64,000 nt of DNA from Prochlorococcus marinus CUG1435 (GTDB lineage Bacteria > Cyanobacteriota > Cyanobacteriia > PCC-6307 > Cyanobiaceae), in contig JAEPLP010000001.1 of the NCBI GenBank assembly GCA_017644375.1, positions 905,421-969,420 of the forward strand, in the 5' to 3' direction. The position numbers and the translations under genes were made by a program. A model generated the notes under the pieces. It saw nothing but the letters and a program-made list of their open reading frames with translations, searched no databases and was not told the DNA's origin. Each line of letters starts with the position of its first letter. Positions within the stretch are counted from its first letter, which is position 1. Below are positions 39,209-49,320 of this stretch, in pieces.

Positions 39209-41617
39209 TTAACTTACATAACGAATTGGAGCTAATCTGGGATCTAGAATTTTACTTCCTTTATCACCAAATTTTACTGCTAAAGATATTTTTTCCCCAC
39301 TCCCAAAAATATGGATGATTTCACCTTTCCCAAACTTTGAGTGAATTAGCATATCTCCAACCATCCAGCTTTTTCCTTTACTAGGACCTGAATATAATTT
39401 CCTTACTGCATTTATTGGTTTGTTAACAAATTCATTTGGATTGTTTCGATCAACTCTAGTTAAACGATCAAGATGCCAATCTCTTCTAATTGAAGCACCA
39501 CCAGTTTGTGGTAATTCGCCATCCATTAAATCTTCAGGTATTTCCGAAAGAAATATTGAAGGAATTGTTGCTTCACGCATTCCACCCCATAATCTTCTTT
39601 CTCTGGCATGACTTAAGAAAACTCTTTCTTTAGCTCTAGTAATACCTACATAGCATAATCTTCTTTCCTCTTCAAGAAGTGAGGGAGTATCTATTGATCT
39701 ATGGCTAGGGAAGAGACCTTGTTCTAGCCCAGTGATAAAAACATTTTGAAATTCTAAACCTTTACTATTATGCAGAGTCATTAGAGTTACAGAGTTAGGA
39801 TTATTTTTCTGCGTATCATTATCAGTTGTTAAGGCTGCTGTAGAAAGAAATCCCTCTACATCTCCACTTTCTGTTTCTTCTTCATATTGAGTAGCTGCAT
39901 TAATTAGTTCTTGTAAGTTATTTCTTCTATCTTCAGATTCTTCAGTCCCACTAGAGAGCAAGTCACTTAAATAACCACTTTTTTCTAATATAAGTTGTAG
40001 TAGTTGAGCGGGACCTGAATTTTCTAGGTAACACAGTAGATCATTCATAATTTCAGTAAATTTATTAATTCTTTTTGATGATCGGCCTATTGTTTCTTCA
40101 AGACTTTGCTTATCATTAAGAACCTCCCATAATGGGATATTTAAACTATTAGATAGTTCATTCAGTTTTTGAATAGTAGTCTTACCAATCCCTCTTCTAG
40201 GGACATTTATGATGCGTAAAAGACTAACGTTATCTGAAGAATTAACCAGAACTTTCAAATATGCTATTGCATCTTTAATTTCTCTTCTATCATAAAAACG
40301 CAATCCTCCAAAAATTGTATAAGGAATGCGCCACCTTACAAGAGATTCTTCTAAAACTCTCGACTGAGCTCTGGTTCGATATAAAATTGCAAAATTTTTC
40401 CAAATTGGGTTTTGATTATAGTTGTTGAGTGATTTTATTTTATTGGTAATTGCTTCTGCCTCGGAAATTTCATCATCACAGCTGAGTAACGTTAAAAGTT
40501 CCCCTTTTTCTTTAGTAGCCTTTAAAACTTTGTCAATTCTTTCAGAGTTGTTTTCAATTAATGAGTTTGCAGCATCAAGGATATTGGAAGATGACCTATA
40601 ATTTTCTTCTAATTTAATTAAAGATGATTTTGTATCGTCGTTGATTGAAGTTTTAAAATCTTCTTGAAAACCAATTAAAATTCTGAAGTCAGCTGCTCTG
40701 AAACTATAAATACTTTGATCAGCATCCCCAACTACAAAAATTGACCGATCTTCCCAATTGAAGAATTTTTTTGGTTCAGTATTCCCAACCGTAATTAATT
40801 TTATAAGTTCATATTGTGTTCTATTTGTATCTTGATATTCGTCAACTAAAATATGTTTAAATCTTTTGTGCCAGTAATCTCTGACTATATCATTTTGCCT
40901 CAATAAGAAAACAGGCAAAAGCAGAAGATCATCAAAGTCTAAAGAATTATTTTTTGAGAGCGAAATCCTATATCTCTTGTAGGCTTCTGCAACTGTTTTA
41001 TCAAAATTATTATCTGCTTTTTCTAAAAGATCATTAGAAGTAAAGCATTGATTTTTAGCATTACTTATTAATCTTTTAATCTTTTTGGGATCATACCTTT
41101 TTGGGTCAAGATTCATATCTTGACTGATAATTTCTTTTACTAATGTTTGAGAATCTGTTTCATCATAAATTGAAAATTGTCTTGTCCATTTTAGGCCTTC
41201 TGGATCAGTATATTTTTCAATATCGTATCTCAGAAGTCTTGAAAATAAGGAATGGAAAGTACCGATCCAAAGGTTCTGAAGCCTCTCTTGGTTAACGTTT
41301 GCTCTTAATTGATTTTGCTCAATTTCTTTGAGAGTTGTCCAAGGCTGACCAAATTGATTAAAAGCTAATTCTTGGGCTAAAAGAACCTCTAATCTTGCTT
41401 TCATTTCTTTGGCAGCTTTGTTAGTGAAAGTGACAGCAAGAATGTTATAGGGATCTATAGAGTTACCCTCAATAAGATTTGCAATTCTGTGTGTAAGAGC
41501 CTTAGTTTTTCCGCTGCCTGCACCCGCTACAACTAATAGTGGTCCATAAACATGTTTTACTGCTTGAAGTTGTTGATTGTTTAGGGACTTAAAAAGGAAA
41601 TTGTTGGTTTGAGGCAC
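39209..41617 (-). CDS. pcrA: ATP-dependent DNA helicase, UvrD/PcrA (SF1A) family
   Basis: 802 aa with Walker A AGAGSGKT, VDEYQDTN, and helicase motifs through VGITRA. Confidence 0.9.
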   Translation of the reverse strand: MPQTNNFLFKSLNNQQLQAVKHVYGPLLVVAGAGSGKTKALTHRIANLIEGNSIDPYNILAVTFTNKAAKEMKARLEVLLAQELAFNQFGQPWTTLKEIEQNQLRANVNQERLQNLWIGTFHSLFSRLLRYDIEKYTDPEGLKWTRQFSIYDETDSQTLVKEIISQDMNLDPKRYDPKKIKRLISNAKNQCFTSNDLLEKADNNFDKTVAEAYKRYRISLSKNNSLDFDDLLLLPVFLLRQNDIVRDYWHKRFKHILVDEYQDTNRTQYELIKLITVGNTEPKKFFNWEDRSIFVVGDADQSIYSFRAADFRILIGFQEDFKTSINDDTKSSLIKLEENYRSSSNILDAANSLIENNSERIDKVLKATKEKGELLTLLSCDDEISEAEAITNKIKSLNNYNQNPIWKNFAILYRTRAQSRVLEESLVRWRIPYTIFGGLRFYDRREIKDAIAYLKVLVNSSDNVSLLRIINVPRRGIGKTTIQKLNELSNSLNIPLWEVLNDKQSLEETIGRSSKRINKFTEIMNDLLCYLENSGPAQLLQLILEKSGYLSDLLSSGTEESEDRRNNLQELINAATQYEEETESGDVEGFLSTAALTTDNDTQKNNPNSVTLMTLHNSKGLEFQNVFITGLEQGLFPSHRSIDTPSLLEEERRLCYVGITRAKERVFLSHARERRLWGGMREATIPSIFLSEIPEDLMDGELPQTGGASIRRDWHLDRLTRVDRNNPNEFVNKPINAVRKLYSGPSKGKSWMVGDMLIHSKFGKGEIIHIFGSGEKISLAVKFGDKGSKILDPRLAPIRYVS

Positions 41618-41639
41618 TTTTGGAAGGGTTTTTCAAAAA

Positions 41640-41846
41640 TCAGACTTTACTTTGAGATTCGGATTCCATTTCTAGATCTTCTAACGCTTTTTTTAAATTT
41701 ATAAGTTCATTATTGTTATTAATTATTTCTTCAAATTTATTTTGAGGCATCTTTAATTTCATACTTCTATCTAGAATTTCTTTTTCCAATCTCTTTTTAT
41801 ATGAGGAAATAAGTTTCTTAGATAATTTTAAATCCTGTTGATCCAA
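41640..41846 (-). CDS. Hypothetical 68-aa coiled-coil protein (TTG start, weak call)
   Basis: An ORF only, 22 nt upstream of the helicase on the same strand. Lys/Glu-rich heptad-like sequence with no recognised motif. Confidence 0.3.
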   Translation of the reverse strand: MDQQDLKLSKKLISSYKKRLEKEILDRSMKLKMPQNKFEEIINNNNELINLKKALEDLEMESESQSKV

Positions 41847-42024
41847 AATATTAATAAAAATGTAATTTTATATTAGCGGAAAAAAATTTTTTATTTGAAT
41901 TATTTCAACTATCACTTTGGAATGAAGTTATTAATTAAGAAGCGTTGCGTTAAGTTTGAAATTGGATTGTTTTTACTAGCTTTGTATTATTCTTAAGATC
42001 GGTCTTTAAATTTTTACTTCAGGA

Positions 42025-42537
42025 ATGTCAGTATCAAATAATAATCAACTATTGTCAGCCGATAAGAAATTAAATGATTTAAGCAATATAAAAGAATTTA
42101 TTAATAGTGCAAACTCAAGATTAGATGCAATAACCTCAATAACCAATAATTCACATGCAATCGCAGCAGACGCTGTAACAGCAATGATTTGCGAAAATCA
42201 AGATTCACTTAATTCAAAAATATCTTTAAATACAACTAACAAGATGTCCGTTTGTTTAAGAGATGGAGAAATAATCCTAAGGATTGTTGCTTATCTTTTA
42301 ATTTCTAATGACCAATCAGTTTTAGAAAAAAATTGTTTGAAGGATCTTAAAAATACTTATCTTGCTCTTGGAGTACCTTTAAGAAATGCAAGAAGGGTTT
42401 TTCAATTAATGCGAGATGCAACTATCTCTGATTTGAATTCAACAGTAAATAATATGCCTGGAAAAAAAGACTTTCTTCCTAAATTAATATCTGAAACTGA
42501 GTTTCAATTTGAAAGGATAATTACTCTTTTAAACTAG
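42025..42537 (+). CDS. cpeB: Phycoerythrin beta-subunit, degenerate high-light-clade form
   Basis: 170-aa globin-like phycobiliprotein with RLDAI, AADAV, and the Cys-82-equivalent context [20 protein letters not shown]. It is shorter than canonical CpeB and lacks the distal bilin cysteines. Confidence 0.85.
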   Translation: MSVSNNNQLLSADKKLNDLSNIKEFINSANSRLDAITSITNNSHAIAADAVTAMICENQDSLNSKISLNTTNKMSVCLRDGEIILRIVAYLLISNDQSVLEKNCLKDLKNTYLALGVPLRNARRVFQLMRDATISDLNSTVNNMPGKKDFLPKLISETEFQFERIITLLN

Positions 42538-43072
42538 CTAAATTCCTTATCTCTGAAGTATGAGAAGTTTGTATAACTGAGTTATTTTCCAGATTTCTAA
42601 TAGTAGAAAATCTGGATCTTACATGAGTGGATAAAAATGAAATTCTTTCTTCGGAAACTGTTGATTTATAAATAGTTTTAATGTGTAAATTATTTTGTTC
42701 ATCAACAAAATAATTTGATGATGAAATAAAGGATTCTGTGTAACCTTTATTTCTTAAAACAATTCCTGAATTTTCATCTTTGGGTAAAAAAATCAGAATA
42801 GTTTCATCTCCCTCACTGATATCATCATTGTCCCAATCACTAATAGCTTGCCATTTTATAGAAATGGCTATGCTGTCTAGGTTTAAACTAAATTTATAAT
42901 TTTTAAAAATTTCAACGACTTTTTTATTTTTTTTGTTGATATGTTTTATATATATTTTACTAGTTGAGTTTTCAAATTCCTGAAAAGCTAAAGTGTGAGT
43001 ACTTCTAATAGATTTCCACTCTCCTATGCTTTTATCAATTAATTGATTAATTATTGTTAGGTTCTTCGTCAA
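42521..43072 (-). CDS. cpeS: CpeS-family phycobilin lyase homolog
   Basis: 183-aa lipocalin-like CpeS/CpcS-type sequence ([14 protein letters not shown] motifs). Convergent with cpeB and overlapping it by 17 nt. TTG start at 43072 is uncertain. Confidence 0.75.
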   Translation of the reverse strand: MTKNLTIINQLIDKSIGEWKSIRSTHTLAFQEFENSTSKIYIKHINKKNKKVVEIFKNYKFSLNLDSIAISIKWQAISDWDNDDISEGDETILIFLPKDENSGIVLRNKGYTESFISSSNYFVDEQNNLHIKTIYKSTVSEERISFLSTHVRSRFSTIRNLENNSVIQTSHTSEIRNLASLKE

Positions 43073-43226
43073 GTTTATCTTCTACCGAATGATTTTCTGC
43101 TTTTTGTATCATTCTCACCATTGAATCCACCATTAATCTCTTTGCAGTAGTTACTTTTAATCCAGAAGGAGTAGTTGATATTTGTTCTCCAGGGCGATCA
43201 TATGAAGTTGGTCTAAATGGAATCAT
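43047..43226 (-). CDS. Unlisted 59-aa ORF immediately upstream of, and overlapping, cpeS
   Basis: Hand translation from ATG 43226: [59 protein letters not shown]. Local GC is clearly higher than in flanking spacer DNA. The 26-nt overlap with the cpeS start suggests translational coupling. Confidence 0.45.
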   Translation of the reverse strand: MIPFRPTSYDRPGEQISTTPSGLKVTTAKRLMVDSMVRMIQKAENHSVEDKLDEEPNNN

Positions 43227-43343
43227 CTAATAACTTTAAAAATTAATCGATTCCTATTCTTGCATGAATCATTATTTATATAGTTATTGTTTGCGAAAAT
43301 GTCATATCTTTCTTCTTTGATTACAGAATTATCAACTGTTTTG

Positions 43344-43979
43344 TTATTTAGGCATTTTATTTTTTGCCAATCCTGAAATAGTCGCCAAAGCAAACATTCC
43401 CAATAGAGCAATCCCTAGAAATAATCCTGCTCCCTGGCTAACTCCAGCTCCTACTGCTACTAGTATAGAGTCACTGATTAGAAGACTTATTAATAATGCA
43501 GGAGTAAATATTTTCCAGCGAGTTCCTCCAATACCAATTGCGTAACTTAGAAAATCAAAAAGGCCAGTCATTAGTAGACCTGTCATAAGAAAGAAATTTT
43601 CTTCTAACTGGTTTTGATTGAAACTTTCAATCTTTTGCATTGCTTTCGGGCCTACTAAATTACGTACAGGAACCCGACCATAATTTCTTGCGATAAAGAA
43701 AGCAGCTTGGCAAAAAACGATATCAGAAAAGATTATTGTCATGTAACCTTTTTGAAATCCTAGTAATGAACCCGCTAGCAGAGAATAAGCTGAACTTGGA
43801 AGGGCAGGTAAAATAATACTTACTCCTCTGAGTATGAATATTCCAAAAGGAGCCCAAATCCCCATACTTTCTATTTTGTTCCTTAGAGGTTCAATCCCAT
43901 AATTTTGGATTAAATAAATCAATACAACAAATATTGCTATAAAAAAAACTACTGAGAAAAATTTCTGTATTTTATTCAT
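43344..43979 (-). CDS. DedA/TVP38-TMEM64 (SNARE-associated) family membrane protein
   Basis: 211 aa, 5-6 TM segments, with the family motif region F..R..G. Confidence 0.75.
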   Translation of the reverse strand: MNKIQKFFSVVFFIAIFVVLIYLIQNYGIEPLRNKIESMGIWAPFGIFILRGVSIILPALPSSAYSLLAGSLLGFQKGYMTIIFSDIVFCQAAFFIARNYGRVPVRNLVGPKAMQKIESFNQNQLEENFFLMTGLLMTGLFDFLSYAIGIGGTRWKIFTPALLISLLISDSILVAVGAGVSQGAGLFLGIALLGMFALATISGLAKNKMPK

Positions 43980-44127
43980 TACTTTTCTAATAAATTTATT
44001 GGAAGTAAATTCTTAATTTTAATATTTGATTCTATCTATAATAGAAATACTAATCAATAAAAATTTTTACAAATTTTTAATCTTTTATTTCCTACTAATA
44101 ACAAATTTTTGTATTACATAAGTTGTC

Positions 44128-44547
44128 ATGATTAATTCTAAGAATAAAGTTAATTCAATATTTTTTAGAAATTTCATTAATTTAGTCCTTTCGATTATCG
44201 TTTTCTTTTGTATTTCAATAAAAAAATCAGAAGTTTTGTCTCATGAATGGGTTGGAGTCCCTAAAAGTGAATACGGAGAGCAGTTATGGGATAGGCAAAG
44301 TATAAAAAGGAATGAGGATGGTTCTGTAAGAGTATTGAGTAAATTTATTCCCAAAACAAAAAGTGAAATTACTAAGGATATTCTCTATACAATGGATATA
44401 AATTGTTTTGAAAAATCATTTAGAGATGTTGATGTCTCAATAGATGAAACAAATAGTAATTTTAATGATTTAGCTAATTGGCAAGATCCAAATGGAGATA
44501 AACTGATTTTGGGTGTTATTGGTCAAGTCTGCAGAGTCGAAAACTAA
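44128..44547 (+). CDS. Hypothetical protein with an N-terminal signal anchor
   Basis: 139-aa ORF with one N-terminal TM helix and a hydrophilic C-terminal domain with two Cys. No motif recognised. Confidence 0.5.
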   Translation: MINSKNKVNSIFFRNFINLVLSIIVFFCISIKKSEVLSHEWVGVPKSEYGEQLWDRQSIKRNEDGSVRVLSKFIPKTKSEITKDILYTMDINCFEKSFRDVDVSIDETNSNFNDLANWQDPNGDKLILGVIGQVCRVEN

Positions 44548-44604
44548 AAATTTTAAGTTATAAAAAAACGAAAAAATAAAGAGTTCTCTATGATTTGAAA
44601 GTAT

Positions 44605-44629
44605 AAAACCCTGTCAAAGACAGGGTTTT
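44605..44629. terminator. Bidirectional stem-loop between the hypothetical gene (+) and tRNA-Phe (-)
   Basis: aaaaccctgtc-aaa-gacagggtttt forms a perfect 11-bp stem whose A/T flanks give U-tracts on both strands. Confidence 0.6.
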
Positions 44630-44634
44630 AAAGG

Positions 44635-44707
44635 TGCCAGGACCCAGATTTGAACTGGGGACACGGCGATTTTCAGTCGCCTGCTCTACCAACTGAGCTA
44701 TCCCGGC
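44635..44707 (-). tRNA. tRNA-Phe (GAA)
   Basis: Hand-folded: GCCGGGA acceptor (with a G4:U69 pair), anticodon stem GGCGA/TCGCC with loop CT-GAA-AA, and a GTTCAAATC T-loop. Confidence 0.9.
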
Positions 44708-44799
44708 TCTAACCTATATACTTTAAATTAAGATGTGTAGTTTGTGAAACCCTTTTAATTAAAAATTTTATATCTTCATCAAATATCTAAAAAAAACTT

Positions 44800-46029
44800 T
44801 TATTTTGAGTTCATAGCTAGCAAGGCTGTACCAAATGAAGTAGTTTTTTTACATGAAACTATTGGTATATTGATAATATTCTCTCTTATTTTTCTCCACT
44901 GAGGGTTTTTGGAACCTCCACCAATAGTAATAATTTTTTTTGGAAGTGAACCTGTTAGTTCGCCTAGCTTTTCCCATCCTTTCAATTCGATCTTAGCTAG
45001 ACCCTCGAATAATGCATGTAAATAAAGTGAGTCGCTTACTGGCCTTGGACCAAGTATCGGCTTTAAATTAGAATCATTAACAGGAAATCTTTCTCCTTTA
45101 CTATTAAGAGGTAAAAGATTTAAAGAAGTGTTTTTTGATGGATTTATTTGTCTACTGAGCTCTTTTATTTCTAAATCAGAGAAAAACTGCGACAATATAC
45201 CACAGCCTGCGTTTGATGCTCCTCCACATATCCAATTACCATTTACTCTATGGTTTGTAATTCCTTGTTTTTTTATAGGATTATCAATAATTTTCTTAAC
45301 TACAATAGTTGTTCCTAAAACTGTGAGACCATCTTCTTTGCCTAAACCTGCAGCTATTACACTTGCATTAGAGTCAGTAGTGCCTGAGATTAATATTAAT
45401 TTCTTATTCAAGTTAAATCTCTCTGCTAAATCAAAATTCACTTGTCCAATAATTTTCCCACTTTTTATTATTTCAGGCAGGCATTTTCCCCATGAAGTAT
45501 CGAGATAGCTTTTTGGCCATGATTTTTTTTTTAGATCCCAACCAAGTTTTAGATTATTACCTTCTTCTCCATAAGTCCAATCTTTTAAAAACCAACCAGT
45601 GATCCAATCAGATTGATGTCGTAAAAGTATATTTGTCCCATATTTATCTATTAGTTTTAATGCTTTAGCAAGACTACTGTATGGAGTTCGCAGATGATCT
45701 TCTCCAGAAGTTAATGATTCAATAAGGATCTTATGTTCATTACATGCTTGGTCATAAGATATTGCTTCTCCGATTGGCTCTCCTCGTAAATTTGATGCTG
45801 TTAAAGTTCCTGATGTGCCAGATATAGCCAATTTTTGAAGGTTACTTTTTACCTCAATAGGTAAACACCCTAAGAGTTTTTCACAAGAATTGATCCAAGA
45901 ATTTGGATTTTTGAAGCTACATAAATAAGGAACTGAATTTGAATATACTAATTTCTTATGAAAATTTATTATGGATATTCTTGCGCCACTAGTTCCAAAA
46001 TCTAATCCCCCATAAAAATTATCTGGCAT
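44800..46029 (-). CDS. FGGY-family carbohydrate kinase
   Basis: 409 aa with an N-terminal GLDFGTSG phosphate-1 motif and a C-terminal GGGSKN motif. Confidence 0.8.
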   Translation of the reverse strand: MPDNFYGGLDFGTSGARISIINFHKKLVYSNSVPYLCSFKNPNSWINSCEKLLGCLPIEVKSNLQKLAISGTSGTLTASNLRGEPIGEAISYDQACNEHKILIESLTSGEDHLRTPYSSLAKALKLIDKYGTNILLRHQSDWITGWFLKDWTYGEEGNNLKLGWDLKKKSWPKSYLDTSWGKCLPEIIKSGKIIGQVNFDLAERFNLNKKLILISGTTDSNASVIAAGLGKEDGLTVLGTTIVVKKIIDNPIKKQGITNHRVNGNWICGGASNAGCGILSQFFSDLEIKELSRQINPSKNTSLNLLPLNSKGERFPVNDSNLKPILGPRPVSDSLYLHALFEGLAKIELKGWEKLGELTGSLPKKIITIGGGSKNPQWRKIRENIINIPIVSCKKTTSFGTALLAMNSK

Positions 46030-46042
46030 AGAATAAATATTT

Positions 46043-47284
46043 TTATAAAAATACTTTGGAAGCCTCCGCTAATTGGGCTGCTTTTTCTTCTACTTTTTCC
46101 CAAGGGAGATCTAGATCTCTTCTGCCAAAATGTCCATAGGATGCAGTCTTTCTGAAAAATGTACCACCCAATCTTTGGGGTAGATTTCTTAGATCAAATT
46201 CTTTTATAATTGCTGCTGGTCTTAAGTCAAAGTACTTATTAATGAGCTCAGTCAAATTAGCTTGTGAAATAACGCCAGTATCAAAAGTTTCAACAAGAAT
46301 GGAAATCGGTTTTGCAACTCCAATTGCATAACTTAATTGTACTTCTGCCTTTTTTGCTAATTTTGCCTTAACTATACTTTTAGCCACATAACGTGCTGCA
46401 TAAGCAGCTGATCTATCCACTTTTGTGGGATCTTTACCAGAAAAAGCCCCTCCTCCGTGTCTTGCGTAACCCCCATAAGTATCTACTATAATTTTTCTTC
46501 CAGTAAGTCCGGCATCACCTTGAGGCCCCCCTACGACAAATTTGCCCGTGGGATTTACAAGAAATCTTGTTGTATGAATGTTTGGTTTTATTTCTAAATC
46601 TTCAGTAGCAGGAATTACAACATGCGTCCATAAATCTTCTTTTATTCTTTGACGAATTTCTTCTTCATTTGTCATACCATCTATCTCAGGATTATGTTGA
46701 GTTGAAATTAAAATGGTATTAATCGATAGTGGTACTCCATTTTTATAATCAATACTTACTTGAGTTTTACCATCAGGGAGTAGATAATTAAGCACGTTTT
46801 CATGCCTTACCTTAGAAAGTTGAATGGCTAATCTATGAGCCAAGCTAATCGGTAAGGGCATTAATTCAGGCGTCTCATCGCATGCATAGCCAAACATTAT
46901 GCCTTGGTCGCCAGCACCGGTATTATCTTCCAAATCATCGTTAACATCATCTGCTTCGTTTACTCCTTGAGAAATATCTGGTGATTGCTCGTCAAGTGCT
47001 ACTAAAACTGCACAACTATTTGCGTCAAAACCACCTGCTCTATAGCCCTCATATCCAATTTCTTTAATTACATTTCTAACAAGTTTTATATAATCGACTT
47101 TTGCTTTTGAAGTTATTTCTCCAGTAAGTAGACAAAGACCAGTGTTAACGACAGTTTCGCATGCAACTCTGCTTTCTGGATCTTCTGTCAATAAAGCGTC
47201 TAAAACAGCGTCACTAATTTGATCACATATTTTGTCAGGATGACCCTCAGTTACGGATTCTGAAGTGAAAATGAAATCACTCAT
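46043..47284 (-). CDS. metK: S-adenosylmethionine synthetase
   Basis: [19 protein letters not shown] and GGGAFSGKD signatures. Confidence 0.97.
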   Translation of the reverse strand: MSDFIFTSESVTEGHPDKICDQISDAVLDALLTEDPESRVACETVVNTGLCLLTGEITSKAKVDYIKLVRNVIKEIGYEGYRAGGFDANSCAVLVALDEQSPDISQGVNEADDVNDDLEDNTGAGDQGIMFGYACDETPELMPLPISLAHRLAIQLSKVRHENVLNYLLPDGKTQVSIDYKNGVPLSINTILISTQHNPEIDGMTNEEEIRQRIKEDLWTHVVIPATEDLEIKPNIHTTRFLVNPTGKFVVGGPQGDAGLTGRKIIVDTYGGYARHGGGAFSGKDPTKVDRSAAYAARYVAKSIVKAKLAKKAEVQLSYAIGVAKPISILVETFDTGVISQANLTELINKYFDLRPAAIIKEFDLRNLPQRLGGTFFRKTASYGHFGRRDLDLPWEKVEEKAAQLAEASKVFL

Positions 47285-47420
47285 TTACTAATAATTTTGG
47301 AATTAGGAAATATCCTAAATTAGATTATCGTTACAAATCAATTATTGTTAATTAAAAATACTTGTATAAGAATAATAAGGCTTAAGTTCTGATATTCGTG
47401 CACTAAATAAATAAGTGAAG

Positions 47421-48512
47421 TTATACTGTTTCAGATGAAGCTGAGGCGATCTCTTCGTTCTCGTCAGTTTGTTCAAATAACATTTGTTTATATTTAGCAG
47501 CCATTTCTTCAGCTTTACTAAAAACTTTTTGAGGGTCAGTTAGCATATCTCCTGGTTCAGGTTCAAGTGCTTTTGTAGACAATGAAATTCTTCCTCTTTC
47601 CGAATCAAGGTCAATGATCATAACTTTCATTTGGTCATTAACATTAAGAACATTATGTGGCGTCTCAATGTGTTCATGGCTGATCTCAGAAATGTGCAAT
47701 AAACCACTAACTCCTCCAATATCGATAAAAGCTCCATACGGTTTAATACCTTTAACATTACCAACAACAACTTCGCCCACCTCAAGTCTATTCATTTTCT
47801 TCTCAACCAAAGCTCTTCTATGACTTAATACTAGTCTATTTCTCTCTTCATCAACTTCAAGAAATTTTAAAGGTAAGTACTCACCTTCTAAATCATCTTT
47901 AATTTTTCGTGCACTTATATGAGAGCCTGGGATGAAACCTCTAAGGCCTTCTACTCTTACAAGAGCCCCGCCTCTGTTTGTTGCAAAAACTTCAGAATAA
48001 ATTGTTGCATCTTCTTTTTGGAGTTGTCTAACCCTTTCCCACGCTCTTTGATATTCAATTCTTCTAATGGAGAGGGCTAATTGGCCATCTTCATTTTCTT
48101 CGCTCATTATGAAGAATTCTCTACTTTCTGAAGGTTGTAAAACATCATTAAGTCCTTCAACTCTATTAATTGATACCTCCTGAACAGGCATAAAAGCAGC
48201 TGTTTTTGCCCCTATATCTATCATGGCACCTTTGGGCTCTAGAGCAAAAACTGTACCTTTAACTAAATCGCCTGGCTTAAAGTTATAGTCATACTTACCT
48301 AAAAGTGATGCAAATTCCTCTTGTGTAAATCCTGCGTTGTCAAAATCAGTATTTGTTCTGCTAGAAGAAGAATCTGCTGAAGGTATCTCGCTCTTCTCGA
48401 ATGATAAATCTTCCTCATTTTGGGATGCTGAATCCTTATCTAAATCAGACGGATTTTTGATTTCTTGATCCTCAGAAATTTCTTTAATAGTTTGGGAAGA
48501 ATTTTCGTTCAT
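47421..48512 (-). CDS. rpsA: 30S ribosomal protein S1
   Basis: 363 aa with three S1 (OB-fold) repeats (G.V......GA..D.G....G..H.S). Confidence 0.9.
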   Translation of the reverse strand: MNENSSQTIKEISEDQEIKNPSDLDKDSASQNEEDLSFEKSEIPSADSSSSRTNTDFDNAGFTQEEFASLLGKYDYNFKPGDLVKGTVFALEPKGAMIDIGAKTAAFMPVQEVSINRVEGLNDVLQPSESREFFIMSEENEDGQLALSIRRIEYQRAWERVRQLQKEDATIYSEVFATNRGGALVRVEGLRGFIPGSHISARKIKDDLEGEYLPLKFLEVDEERNRLVLSHRRALVEKKMNRLEVGEVVVGNVKGIKPYGAFIDIGGVSGLLHISEISHEHIETPHNVLNVNDQMKVMIIDLDSERGRISLSTKALEPEPGDMLTDPQKVFSKAEEMAAKYKQMLFEQTDENEEIASASSETV

Positions 48513-48620
48513 TTGTTGTATCGCAGACTACCTAAGGTAGTTAGAAAGGAATGCTATTAGCCTGCAAACCAATAGCAAAAGCATTTGTGTTATGTATTCT
48601 ACACTTTAAGATGCTGAATT

Positions 48621-49100
48621 TTATGAAATTGATGCTAATTGGTTTTTTGAACCACTTTTTAGAGACTCAAGAGTTGAAATAAAATCTTTTACCCCATTAA
48701 ATTTTCTGTAAACTGAGGCGTATCTTATATAGGCGACCTCGTTTTCTTTCCTAAGATTTTTAAGTATTAATTCTCCGATTTGTGAAGATTTAATATCTTT
48801 ATTAGAGTCTTGAACGATTTGAGATTCAATCCCATCTACGAAATTAATAATTGCTTCACTACTGAAGTTAGTCTTTTCGCAAGCTCTTGAAATTCCAGTA
48901 AATAATTTTTGTTTATCGAATAATTCTCTACCCCCATCTTTTTTAATAACTGAAACAGGCATTGTTTCAACTCTTTCATAAGTTGTAAATCTAAAGCTGC
49001 AATTTAAACATTCTCTTCTTCTTCGAACACTTTTACCACTATCAGCAGATCTTGATTCCAAAACTCTGCTATCTGTGTTTTGACAGGTTGGACACTGCAT
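48621..49100 (-). CDS. nrdR: Transcriptional repressor NrdR
   Basis: [17 protein letters not shown] zinc ribbon plus an ATP-cone domain. Confidence 0.9.
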   Translation of the reverse strand: MQCPTCQNTDSRVLESRSADSGKSVRRRRECLNCSFRFTTYERVETMPVSVIKKDGGRELFDKQKLFTGISRACEKTNFSSEAIINFVDGIESQIVQDSNKDIKSSQIGELILKNLRKENEVAYIRYASVYRKFNGVKDFISTLESLKSGSKNQLASIS

Positions 49101-49160
49101 GTAGTGAAATAAGGTGAACTGTAACTCTAATAGTAGAGTAAAATCCTAATTATGAAAAGT

Positions 49161-49191
49161 AAAAAAAAACCTCTTGTTAAAGAGGTTTTTT
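49161..49191 (-). terminator. Intrinsic terminator after psbB-psbT
   Basis: The A-run/cctctt-gtta-aagagg/T-run is symmetric. On the minus strand it reads as a stem followed by about 9 U. Confidence 0.7.
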
Positions 49192-49198
49192 AATAACA

Positions 49199-49297
49199 TC
49201 ATTTTTTATCGAATTTAGGTGGATCTCTAAAGGCGACAGCAAAGAATAAAGTTACAACTGCAAGAGTTAAAATAAGAACGTATGCGAAAGCTTCCAT
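49199..49297 (-). CDS. psbT: Photosystem II protein T (not in ORF track)
   Basis: Hand translation: [32 protein letters not shown]. It lies 23 nt downstream of psbB. Confidence 0.9.
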   Translation of the reverse strand: MEAFAYVLILTLAVVTLFFAVAFRDPPKFDKK

Positions 49298-49320
49298 AAG
49301 ATTAAGTAATAAAGTTTAGT

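Noticed and set aside
47285-47420. Possible SAM riboswitch in the metK 5' region, and similarly a cobalamin riboswitch upstream of cobS (9002..9099)
   Set aside because: I read both leaders on the coding strand and found no conserved riboswitch cores (no B12 box, no SAM-family helices). Both are plain AT-rich spacers.
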